NCBI GenBank assembly: GCA_002070645.1
Contig: MWDQ01000026.1
Coordinates: 1-62,578, forward strand
Direction: 5' to 3'
DNA length: 62,578 bases
DNA from: a candidate division TA06 bacterium ADurb.Bin131
Lineage (GTDB): Bacteria > Ratteibacteria > UBA8468 > B48-G9 > DTJG01
This document shows, in pieces, positions 1 through 7,466 of this stretch. The notes under the pieces are model-generated. The model was not told the origin of the DNA, made no database searches, and saw only the letters and a list, made by a program, of their open reading frames with translations. Position 1 is the first letter of the stretch, and each line of letters opens with the position of its first letter. The translations under genes were made by a program, and so were the position numbers.

Positions 1-287
1 TAGGTCTGAGCAAGCGAAGACCTATGCGGATGGCCGAGCTGAGGCGTTGTGGGAGCATCCAACCGATTAGTATTTCATAGGTTGGATGAAAGAGGTGTGG
101 GGAAAGAGGCGTTCCCCACGCAGTAGGGGGAAGATTAAGGGGAGATCCCCCTTAAGGAGCGAGGAGCAGATCGCGACCGAGCGACGAGGCCGCTCAAATC
201 CCACCCCCTCCGCATTTTTTTCTTCAGAGGGATTTGAATGGAGCGGTGCTGGTGCGATGAAGAAAGAGCACCGTATAGCACTAAGGG
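1..287. other. GC-rich, hairpin-dense non-coding segment; candidate structured RNA of unknown class (its 5' end may lie outside the window)
   Basis: No credible ORF. Composition is visibly GC-rich against an AT-rich background. Perfect stems: 1-7/18-24 (TAGGTCT/AGACCTA), 56-64/80-88 (CATCCAACC/GGTTGGATG), 97-104/112-119 (GTGGGGAA/TTCCCCAC), 135-142/148-155 (TTAAGGGG/CCCCTTAA). A possible closing helix is TGCGGA 25-30 / TCCGCA 209-214, followed by a T7 run at 215-221. Confidence 0.3.
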
Positions 288-604
288 ACTATCCCTTACC
301 CACATCTTCTAAGAACCTCTTGTGTAAAGGAATTACCCTTGTTTTTATTCCTTTTCATGTAAAATATGAAGGTAGTGTTTTTTGTTCCCCTATCATGGCT
401 TATTATTACTCCTTCAGGTAATGCAACAAATTCTCGGATATATTTTTCAAAATCTATGCTATTGCTTTATTCCCTTCCTTTGTAAAGGAAGGTCAGGATG
501 AATTTGTCTGCGTTTCCCCTTCATAAAATCCCCCTTGCCCCCTTTATAAAAGGGGGAATTAGGGGAGGACTTTGCAAAAGGGGAACTTGTGGGTAGGGGA
601 TAGG
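288..604. mobile_element. MITE-like non-autonomous insertion (317 bp) with 16-nt terminal inverted repeats and an 8-bp direct flanking duplication
   Basis: CTATCCCTTACCCACA (289-304) matches the reverse complement of TGTGGGTAGGGGATAG (588-603) at 15/16 positions. A perfect direct repeat ACTAAGGG lies at 280-287 and 605-612, each 1 nt outside the inverted repeats. There is no coding capacity inside. Internal palindromes are CCTTCCTTTGTAAAGGAAGG (~473-492) and CCCCCTTTATAAAAGGGGG (~538-556). Confidence 0.45.
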
Positions 605-718
605 ACTAAGGGCGAGTAGGTGAGTGAGATTTCCGAAGCACGAAGTGCAGGAAAAATCCCCTGTTTCCTCTTTTTGTAAAGGAAATAAAGGAAAATGTGA
701 TTCATTTCTGACTCTGGA

Positions 719-747
719 TTGCAAACATCAAATATAAGGATTAAAAT
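719..747 (+). promoter_or_regulatory. Putative sigma-70 promoter for the 815..1870 CDS
   Basis: TTGCAA (719-724), a 17-nt spacer, then TAAAAT (742-747), about 65 nt upstream of the ATG. Confidence 0.4.
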
Positions 748-814
748 ATCATAAAGGGAATAATATAAAAAGTATAGATAACTTCAACATTGCGTATTAA
801 AAAAGGAGGGAACC

Positions 815-1870
815 ATGGCAGAGGATAAGAAAAAACAGCCAGAGAAAAAGATTACCATAAGCAGCACAAAAAAAGAAATGCTGGAGGCATATAATCAACT
901 TTTAAAAGAACTCGAAGAAAAGGAAGCAGGGCAGGTTTCCCCAGAAAGAAAAATTGATGAAAAAAAATCTTGTGAGGTTGTAGAGGTTGCATCTTCGTTA
1001 TCAACAGATGGAATAGTTCAGAGTATTGGCAATCTGAAATCAGAAATTGGAAAACTCCTTTCTGAAATTTCTGATAAACTCGAGAATGAAGTGAAGAAAT
1101 TTAATGCCACCGAGCAAGCCGTTAAGGTTAAAGAATCAGAATTACAAGAGGTTTATGAAATATCAAGATCCGCACAAACCCTTGCTGCCTTAATAGAGGC
1201 ACAGAATAGAAAAAAACAGGAATTTGAAGAAGAAATGGCTCGCAGGAAGGAAGAAATAGAGCAACAACTTCAACAGATGCAGGAAGCAAAGAAGATTGAA
1301 GAAGAAAAACACAAAGAAGAGATGAAAGAACAGGAAGCAGAAGAAAAGAAACGACGAGAAAGGGAAAAAGAAGAATATATTTATAACTTTAATCGACAGA
1401 AAAAAATAGAGATGGACAGATTGCAGGACGAGAAGGAAAAATTAGAGAAAGAATTCAAACAGAGAATGCAAGAAAAAGAAAAGGAGTTATCCGAGAAAGA
1501 ACAAAAACTTTCTGAAAAAGAAGAAGAATTGAATCTATTGAGGAAAAAGGTAGATAATTTTCCAAAGGAGATTGAAGCAATCACCAACAGGGTTATAAAA
1601 GAAACAACAGAGAAACTTCAAAAAGAATTTGCCACAACTGAGGCATTGATGAAAAAGGATTTCGCTGGAGAAAGAAATGTATTTCTTGCCAGAATTGAAT
1701 CTATGGAAAAAACAATAAAACAACAGGAACAGGAGATTGAAAAACTCTCCAGACAATTGGAATCAGCATACAAAAGAATAGAGGATATTGCTGTTAAAAC
1801 AGTTGCAACAGGGCAGGGATGGAAATCAATATATCAACAGGAAGATATAAAAAAAGAAAATCAAAAGTAA
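815..1870 (+). CDS. Hypothetical K/E-rich coiled-coil protein (351 aa)
   Basis: Long ORF with a strong RBS (AAAGGAGGG, then 5 nt, then ATG). The translation is dominated by heptad-like E/K/Q/L repeats (EKEKELSEKEQKLSEKEEEL). I recognise no enzymatic motif. Confidence 0.8.
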   Translation: MAEDKKKQPEKKITISSTKKEMLEAYNQLLKELEEKEAGQVSPERKIDEKKSCEVVEVASSLSTDGIVQSIGNLKSEIGKLLSEISDKLENEVKKFNATEQAVKVKESELQEVYEISRSAQTLAALIEAQNRKKQEFEEEMARRKEEIEQQLQQMQEAKKIEEEKHKEEMKEQEAEEKKRREREKEEYIYNFNRQKKIEMDRLQDEKEKLEKEFKQRMQEKEKELSEKEQKLSEKEEELNLLRKKVDNFPKEIEAITNRVIKETTEKLQKEFATTEALMKKDFAGERNVFLARIESMEKTIKQQEQEIEKLSRQLESAYKRIEDIAVKTVATGQGWKSIYQQEDIKKENQK

Positions 1871-1999
1871 AATATCATTGCCTATCATAAATACTCAGTC
1901 AACTGCGTTAATTGAAATGTAGCAAGCATCGAGAAAAAAATTAAAGGTAAGATATTTGCCTTCTACTTAAGTATAAACAGGTTTAGTAATACCTATATT

Positions 2000-3220
2000 T
2001 TATCTGGAATGAAATTTTTTTAATTCATCAAACATAAAAGCATGGGTTTTTTTTATGGTCTGACATTTTATTTGTTCATACAGCATTAAACAAGGGAAAA
2101 TAGTTTCTGCTCCATATGTTTTGTTAATTGAATCCATAACCTTTAACATTTTTTCTCTTTTTTCATTTTTGAATAAAGACATTTGATACCTTTTATGGAT
2201 ACCAGATACACTCACCCCAAGAAGCCGTATCTTTTGTAAAATTGGTTTAGCAAAAATTATGGAACTTGCATTCCTGAATATTGTTTGGTCATCATTAAAC
2301 CAGAATGGATAGTTTTTCCTTTTTGTAAATGATGTAAAATCCTTGTATCTTATGGTCACAACAACAATATTTCCATAATAATCTTCCTCACGCATCCTCA
2401 TTCCAACCTGGTGTGAAAGCCGGCATAGAACACTCAATAAAAGGTTTATATCATCTGTATCCTGTGCCAGGGTATAGGAATGACCAAATGATTTTGGCTC
2501 AGGTGATTGAAGAATAACATTTGTTTCGCCTTTTCCACTGCATAGATGCCATATTTCCTCACCCTTAATTCCAAACCTTTCTTTAAAAAAAGATAAAGGG
2601 ATACGAGTAACCTGACCACATAGTTCAATACCCATTAAATTTAGTTGTTCAGCAGTTTTTGGACCAATACCAGGAACTTTTCCAACAGGTAATCTTTCCA
2701 TAAAACCACTAATCTCGTTCTCACAAATAACCATAATTCCATCTGGCTTGCATAAATCTGAAGCAATTTTTGCAATAGTTTTATTACAGGAAATACCCAC
2801 AGAACAGGTAAGAAAGGTCCCTTCAAAAATTGCTCTTTTAATAGAAAGCCCTATCTGCTTTAAGTTTTTATAGGAACAATCCTCGAGGGTTATTTCAAGA
2901 AATCCTTCATCTATTGAATAAATTTCTACCTTTTCTGTAAATGTTAGTAGAATATTAAAAATTCTTCTTGATGTATCAATATATCTTTCTGGATTCCCTC
3001 TTACAGTAATTGCATCAGGGCATAGATTAAGACCTTCGAATACACTCATTCCTGATTTCACACCATACTTTTTTGCTTCATAGGAACAAGCGGCAATTAC
3101 AGAATCCCTCGCAGTATTTCCTGAAACAAAAATAGGTTGTCCACGTAAAGATGGATTTAGAGATTGTTCAACAGAAGCAAAAAAAGCATCCATATCCACA
3201 TGTATGATTATTTTTTTCAT
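2000..3220 (-). CDS. dinB: DNA polymerase IV (Y-family translesion polymerase)
   Basis: The N-terminus MKKIIIHVDMDAFFASVEQ is the DinB/UmuC signature; SIDEGFLE is also present. Start chosen at ATG 3220, 1 nt after the upstream stop. ATG 3229 and 3247 are in-frame alternatives. Confidence 0.9.
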   Translation of the reverse strand: MKKIIIHVDMDAFFASVEQSLNPSLRGQPIFVSGNTARDSVIAACSYEAKKYGVKSGMSVFEGLNLCPDAITVRGNPERYIDTSRRIFNILLTFTEKVEIYSIDEGFLEITLEDCSYKNLKQIGLSIKRAIFEGTFLTCSVGISCNKTIAKIASDLCKPDGIMVICENEISGFMERLPVGKVPGIGPKTAEQLNLMGIELCGQVTRIPLSFFKERFGIKGEEIWHLCSGKGETNVILQSPEPKSFGHSYTLAQDTDDINLLLSVLCRLSHQVGMRMREEDYYGNIVVVTIRYKDFTSFTKRKNYPFWFNDDQTIFRNASSIIFAKPILQKIRLLGVSVSGIHKRYQMSLFKNEKREKMLKVMDSINKTYGAETIFPCLMLYEQIKCQTIKKTHAFMFDELKKFHSR

Positions 3221-3221
3221 A

Positions 3222-3470
3222 TCATCCATCCATATGAATTCTATCAAGTTCCCATTGCAAATATACTGGATTAAAGTGAATCTCTATAACAGAACCATTC
3301 GATAAAACCGCAAAATGAAACAAAGGATAAATCCCTTTTTTTGTGGTCCATCTGTAAGTAATTGATTCAACTGGAATTACTCTGTTATTCCAGAATAACG
3401 AAATAATTTTTATGCTTCCTTTCCCAACTATAAGTTTAACTTTTATTGGTTCATTAATATCTGTCGTCAT
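3222..3470 (-). CDS. Hypothetical 82-aa protein wedged between lexA and dinB
   Basis: ATG (MTTDINEP...) starts 1 nt after the lexA TAA. Its own stop overlaps or abuts the dinB start (ATGGATGGATGATATG). The translation looks beta-rich, and I recognise no family. Confidence 0.6.
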   Translation of the reverse strand: MTTDINEPIKVKLIVGKGSIKIISLFWNNRVIPVESITYRWTTKKGIYPLFHFAVLSNGSVIEIHFNPVYLQWELDRIHMDG

Positions 3471-3471
3471 T

Positions 3472-4047
3472 TTAGACCTTTCTAAAAACACCTATCACCT
3501 TTCCGAGAATCAGATTTTCTTTAATCTCTATTGGTTTATATGCTGGATTTGCTGGAACAAGAAAGATTTTATTTTTTTCTTTTCTTAAATATTTTATTGT
3601 GGCTTCTTCTCCAATAACTGCGGCAATAATATCACCATTACGAACCTCAACATTTTTTTTAACAATAACATAGTCCCCATCATATATATGTGCCTGTTCC
3701 ATACTGTCACCTGTTATTTTAAGAGCAAATACATCCATTAAATCATCAGGTGTAAATAAAGAACCTTCAAAGAAATTTTCAATAATAATTGGAGGTCCTG
3801 CTGCTATTTTACCAACAATGGGTATTCCAGAAAGTGGAAATCTTGTCCTCAATGCACGAGCTCTTGTAGAATCTTTAATTAAATAACCCTTGTTTACTAA
3901 AGTATTAAGATGGCAGGTTACAGCATTAGGGCTCTTAAATTTAAAAAACAAACGAATCTCTTCAAATGATGGCGCATATCCATATTTATTGATAAATTGT
4001 GTAATAAATTTCAAAATCTCAAACTGTCTCTGTGTTAATTTTTTCAT
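3472..4047 (-). CDS. lexA: LexA repressor (SOS regulator, S24 autopeptidase)
   Basis: N-terminal winged-helix region (LTQRQFEILKFI...), an AAG cleavage-site region (GKIAAGPP), the catalytic-Ser motif GDSM, and a C-terminal Lys region. An SOS box lies in its promoter. Confidence 0.9.
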   Translation of the reverse strand: MKKLTQRQFEILKFITQFINKYGYAPSFEEIRLFFKFKSPNAVTCHLNTLVNKGYLIKDSTRARALRTRFPLSGIPIVGKIAAGPPIIIENFFEGSLFTPDDLMDVFALKITGDSMEQAHIYDGDYVIVKKNVEVRNGDIIAAVIGEEATIKYLRKEKNKIFLVPANPAYKPIEIKENLILGKVIGVFRKV

Positions 4048-4065
4048 ATCTAATCCTTTAATCTA

Positions 4066-4094
4066 TTTATACTGTATTTTTATACAGTTGTCAA
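4066..4094 (-). promoter_or_regulatory. Sigma-70 promoter of the lexA-orf82-dinB operon
   Basis: On the minus strand: TTGACA (4094-4089), a 17-nt spacer, then TATAAA (4071-4066). The RBS AAAGGA precedes the ATG. Confidence 0.6.
4070..4089 (-). promoter_or_regulatory. LexA operator (SOS box), CTGT-N8-ACAG type
   Basis: TACTGTATTTTTATACAGTT is a near-perfect match to the Beta/Gammaproteobacterial consensus TACTGTATATATATACAGTA. It lies 23-42 nt upstream of the lexA ATG, within the promoter spacer. Confidence 0.75.
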
Positions 4095-4129
4095 GAGGTA
4101 AAAAGGTTATCACAAAAATAAATACAGAA

Positions 4130-5446
4130 TTATTTCTTAATAACCTGGTCTTCTGGAATTGCTCCACAACACTGATTAAAGAATTGAAGAATTTCTCTGG
4201 TTGCTTTTCTTGGGCCTCTTATTATAAGTCGAGCGCTTTCATTGGCAAGTCGTTCTCTAATATCAGGTATTGCCATCGCCATTTCAAGCGGACTTTTAAG
4301 ATCATATCTTTTTCTATTGAAATATAAATCTATTTTTGCAGAGTATTTTGATGCTATCTGGGTTACTGGCATTACTGGTCTTAAATGAAAATCTTCAATT
4401 CTATAAGGCGAAATAAGTATTGCAACTGTTTCAAGAATATATTCATCAGGGTCGATTCCAAGAGCCTTAAATATTTGTTCAGCAAGATCTTTTCCTGCTC
4501 TTGCGAAATAAAAAACAAATGGCAGAATAAACATACTGATAGATTTTTTGATATCCCTGAAGTTAACCTTTCTTAATTCTGGTTTTTCAGAAGAAATTTT
4601 TACCAATCTTTCCGCATGCCTTTCATAAAAATGAATTAATGAACGCGCCATCTCGAGAAGATGAAGAATAATAGAAATATATCCTCTTAAAGATATAAGA
4701 ATAGACAATTCTCTGGCAATATCAGTATTGCCAATATACGTATCGTATGTTGACTGCAACCTGTGATAAACAGAACGAAAATGTTCAATCCTTTCTTCTG
4801 TAATACTTGTTTCAAAATCAGAGTTTTCTGCAAACATCTTAAGATCCTGACCAACATCAAGAAATTTCAGAAGAAAATCTATGATTCTATCGCGATCTCC
4901 AATATCCTGTTGTTCAATATCAGAAGGAAGTGTTTTTCTATAAGGTATTGTAAAACCAGAATTGGTTATGTTTTCTTTGACATCAGTGATAATACCGAGC
5001 AATTTACCTTCTGAAAGAATTTCGCAACAAAAAATTTTTAATGTTTTTTCGAGAAAAAAAAGGTTTTTCTCAAGTTTTTCAATAAATTCTTTTTCTTTTT
5101 CAGGGGGTAAATTAAGATGGTATGAGTCATACCTTGAAATAATATGAAGATTTTGAAATATTGCCTGTGTAAACCATCTTATGGCAGCAATTAATTCTCT
5201 AAAGTAATAGAATGTCCTGTTATTTGATGCACCATGGTCATCAAGAAAACTCTCGATTCTATCACTTTCTTTTGTGAAGGTTACAAAAAATTCCTTACTG
5301 CAGTCAGAACCGTGTTCAATAAAATACTTAACTATCTCGAAGAAATTAGAAGTTATCTCTGCAAGTTTTGGAATAAAAACTTTTTCTATTTCATCCCTCG
5401 TCATTATTTCTTCGAGGGATCTTGAAAACTTCCCTGGTGCCTTCAT
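4130..5446 (-). CDS. Hypothetical protein (438 aa) with a helical N-terminal region and an HPr-like C-terminal domain
   Basis: The ORF track extends to 5527, but residues 1-27 are the translation of tRNA-Ala, so the start is reset to ATG 5446 (MKAPGKF...). The C-terminal ~85 aa resemble PTS HPr: FHLRPV versus GLHARPA around His15, KSPLEMAMA versus the KS(I/L)M..M Ser46 region, then LIIRGPRKATREILQFF. Confidence 0.7.
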   Translation of the reverse strand: MKAPGKFSRSLEEIMTRDEIEKVFIPKLAEITSNFFEIVKYFIEHGSDCSKEFFVTFTKESDRIESFLDDHGASNNRTFYYFRELIAAIRWFTQAIFQNLHIISRYDSYHLNLPPEKEKEFIEKLEKNLFFLEKTLKIFCCEILSEGKLLGIITDVKENITNSGFTIPYRKTLPSDIEQQDIGDRDRIIDFLLKFLDVGQDLKMFAENSDFETSITEERIEHFRSVYHRLQSTYDTYIGNTDIARELSILISLRGYISIILHLLEMARSLIHFYERHAERLVKISSEKPELRKVNFRDIKKSISMFILPFVFYFARAGKDLAEQIFKALGIDPDEYILETVAILISPYRIEDFHLRPVMPVTQIASKYSAKIDLYFNRKRYDLKSPLEMAMAIPDIRERLANESARLIIRGPRKATREILQFFNQCCGAIPEDQVIKK

Positions 5447-5469
5447 AGAAATCCTTTGTAAAAAATCAG

Positions 5470-5541
5470 TGGAGGTAATCGGAGTCGAACCGACAACCTT
5501 CCGCGTGCAAGGCGGACGCTCTCCCATTGAGCTATACCCCC
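5470..5541 (-). tRNA. tRNA-Ala (anticodon TGC)
   Basis: Reverse complement: GGGGGTATAGCTCAATGGGAGAGCGTCCGCCTTGCACGCGGAAGGTTGTCGGTTCGACTCCGATTACCTCCA. It forms a full cloverleaf with the G3:U70 Ala identity pair and anticodon loop CTTGCAC. CCA is not encoded. Confidence 0.95.
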
Positions 5542-5549
5542 ATATAATT

Positions 5550-5578
5550 ATTATAATCCACTATTTTCTTTGAGTAAA
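5550..5578 (-). promoter_or_regulatory. Putative promoter of tRNA-Ala
   Basis: On the minus strand: TTTACT (5578-5573), a 17-nt spacer, then TATAAT (5555-5550), ending 8 nt before the mature tRNA 5' end. Confidence 0.4.
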
Positions 5579-5717
5579 GAATCTATATCTGTATCAACGA
5601 GAGTTATTACCTTTATAAATCGCGAAAATACAAAATTAAAAAGGTCGTAAGTTTTTAACTCTTGCAATTTGAATTCTGCATTTTTTAATGAAGGATTGTC
5701 TCACTTTTCACCCTGCT

Positions 5718-6710
5718 TCAAAATCCTAAAATAACCGCAATCTGATAAAAAAATGCAGAGATTATAGCAGAACATGGAATTGTTAATACCCATACCCACA
5801 GGATTTTATGAGCAATTCCCCACCTTACAGCACTTACTCTTTTAATTGAGCCAACCCCCATAATAGAGCTGGTTATTGTATGTGTTGTACTTACAGGAAT
5901 TCCAAGATGCGTTGATAATGCAATCGTGATGGCTGCCGCGAGTTCAGCGCAGAATCCATCAATTGGTTTAAGTTTAACCACCCGCTGGCCCATTGTTTTT
6001 ACAATTCTCCATCCGCCAAAGAGTGTACCGAGGGCAATTGAAGCATGGCAAGAGAGCACAATCCATAATGGAATATGAAATTTTGGTCCAAGAAGTCCGG
6101 CGCTGAATAATAAACTTGCAATAATACCCATTGTTTTTTGAGCATCATTCCCTCCATGTCCAAGGCTATAAAATGCCGCTGAAAGTAATTGACCTTTTCT
6201 AAATATATGGTCAATTTTTGCTGGATTGCTATTTCGAGCAAGCCAGTAAACAAAGATTCCAAAGGAAAGTCCAAAAAAAAGTCCTAGTCCTGGTGAAATA
6301 AAAATGAATGCAACGGTTTTTCCTATACCTTTCCATATCAAAACGCTCGGACCAACCTTCGCAAGCGCAGCACCTATAAGACCCCCAATAAGAGCATGAG
6401 AAGAACTTGCTGGAAGACCAAAATACCATGTTATGATATTCCAGATACATGCTCCGACTAAGGTACCGAAGATTACAGCATTGTCAATAACGTTAACATC
6501 AACAATCCCTTTTCCCATTGTGTTTGCAACATGCAAGCCAAAAACCAAAAACGCAATAAAATTGAAGAATGCAGCCCAGATAACAGCCAGGCGTGGGGAA
6601 AGAACTCTCGTTGAAACAACTGTGGCTATAGAATTTGCTGAATCATGAAATCCATTGAGAAAATCAAAGGCATATGCAAGAAAAATCAGGAATAAGATTG
6701 GAGCAGTCAT
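5718..6710 (-). CDS. pit: Inorganic phosphate transporter, PiT family
   Basis: GFHDSANSIATVV and GHGGNDAQKTMGI are the duplicated PiT signatures, in a polytopic membrane protein. ATG 6710 (4 nt after the upstream stop) is preferred over the TTG at 6731. Confidence 0.9.
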   Translation of the reverse strand: MTAPILFLIFLAYAFDFLNGFHDSANSIATVVSTRVLSPRLAVIWAAFFNFIAFLVFGLHVANTMGKGIVDVNVIDNAVIFGTLVGACIWNIITWYFGLPASSSHALIGGLIGAALAKVGPSVLIWKGIGKTVAFIFISPGLGLFFGLSFGIFVYWLARNSNPAKIDHIFRKGQLLSAAFYSLGHGGNDAQKTMGIIASLLFSAGLLGPKFHIPLWIVLSCHASIALGTLFGGWRIVKTMGQRVVKLKPIDGFCAELAAAITIALSTHLGIPVSTTHTITSSIMGVGSIKRVSAVRWGIAHKILWVWVLTIPCSAIISAFFYQIAVILGF

Positions 6711-6714
6711 ATTC

Positions 6715-7344
6715 TTATGTTTGCTTGACAAGAATTGTTTCTATGATGTGCGCAACATCTTCGCATATATCAAGAATTGTTTCTGCATCAGTATAGATAT
6801 CTTTCCATTTTATTATTCCGATAGGGTCTTTTTCTTTTTCAAATAATTCTGCGAGTGCTTTATCTCTCATTGCATCACCTACATTTTCCAGACGGTTTAT
6901 CTCAACACAACAGCGCATAATGGATTCATGATGCTTAACATCACGAAGACAGGTTATTGCGATTTGAACAGACTTAGCTGATTCTTCTATGATGTCGGCA
7001 AATTCAACAAGGGTTGAATCAACATTTTTTATTTTATAAATCCTTATCTGGTTTGTGATTGTATTAAACATATCAATTATATCGTCGAGTTCTTTAGCAA
7101 GATTATATATATCTTCTCTGTCAAAGGGTGTGATAAAGGTTTTATTAAGCTGGCTTAAAATAAGATGGGTTATTTCGTCTCCCTCGTGTTCGATCGAACG
7201 AATTTTACTATATAGATTTAAATCAATTTCTCCAGTTCTTGCGATTTCTTTGAATGTGGTCGCTGCTTCAACAGCATAACCTGCGTGTTTTTCAAATAAT
7301 TCAAAAAAATCAAAATTATTCGGAAAAAATTTTCTTAATGACAT
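6715..7344 (-). CDS. PhoU-like / DUF47 family phosphate-transport accessory protein
   Basis: The 209-aa helical protein (FFELFEKHA..., EHEGDEITH, NxxGDAxRD-like motifs) resembles the DUF47 partner usually encoded upstream of PiT. RBS AAAGGAGATGA. Confidence 0.85.
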   Translation of the reverse strand: MSLRKFFPNNFDFFELFEKHAGYAVEAATTFKEIARTGEIDLNLYSKIRSIEHEGDEITHLILSQLNKTFITPFDREDIYNLAKELDDIIDMFNTITNQIRIYKIKNVDSTLVEFADIIEESAKSVQIAITCLRDVKHHESIMRCCVEINRLENVGDAMRDKALAELFEKEKDPIGIIKWKDIYTDAETILDICEDVAHIIETILVKQT

Positions 7345-7466
7345 ATAGTATCATCTCCTTTGAATCAAGTTTTTAATATTACCAATGAAAAAAGGCGGGT
7401 ATCTTTATTATTGACGAATAATAACACATTTTCTATGATAAATCAATGCTCTATACAGGCGTCAAT

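Noticed and set aside
215-221. T7 run as an intrinsic terminator
   Set aside because: It is not preceded by a compact GC hairpin, and the only pairing partner for the upstream TCCGCA is ~180 nt away. It is kept only as a possible 3' boundary of the candidate RNA.
226-300. tRNA-like T-loop (GATTTGAA) and group II intron domain V-like string (GAGCGGTGCTGGTGCGATGAAGAAAGAGCACC)
   Set aside because: No complementary T-stem or acceptor stem can be drawn. The hairpin has a 12-nt loop instead of a GNRA tetraloop, and the 5' AGC strand lacks its pairing partner. No reverse transcriptase or maturase is nearby.
86-421. 111-aa plus-strand ORF (MKEVWGKRRSPRSRGKIKGRSP...)
   Set aside because: It has a low-complexity R/G/S/P-rich translation, no RBS, spans the hairpin-dense GC-rich segment and runs into the MITE-like element. 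It is best explained as a chance ORF in GC-rich non-coding DNA.
521-724. 67-aa minus-strand ORF
   Set aside because: It is P/L-rich and low-complexity, crosses the right inverted repeat and the flanking duplication of the MITE-like element, and has no RBS.
5447-5527. N-terminal 27 residues of the 465-aa track ORF (MGERPPCTRKVVGSTPITSTDFLQRIS)
   Set aside because: This stretch is the in-frame translation of the tRNA-Ala gene (5470-5541). The CDS start was moved to ATG 5446.
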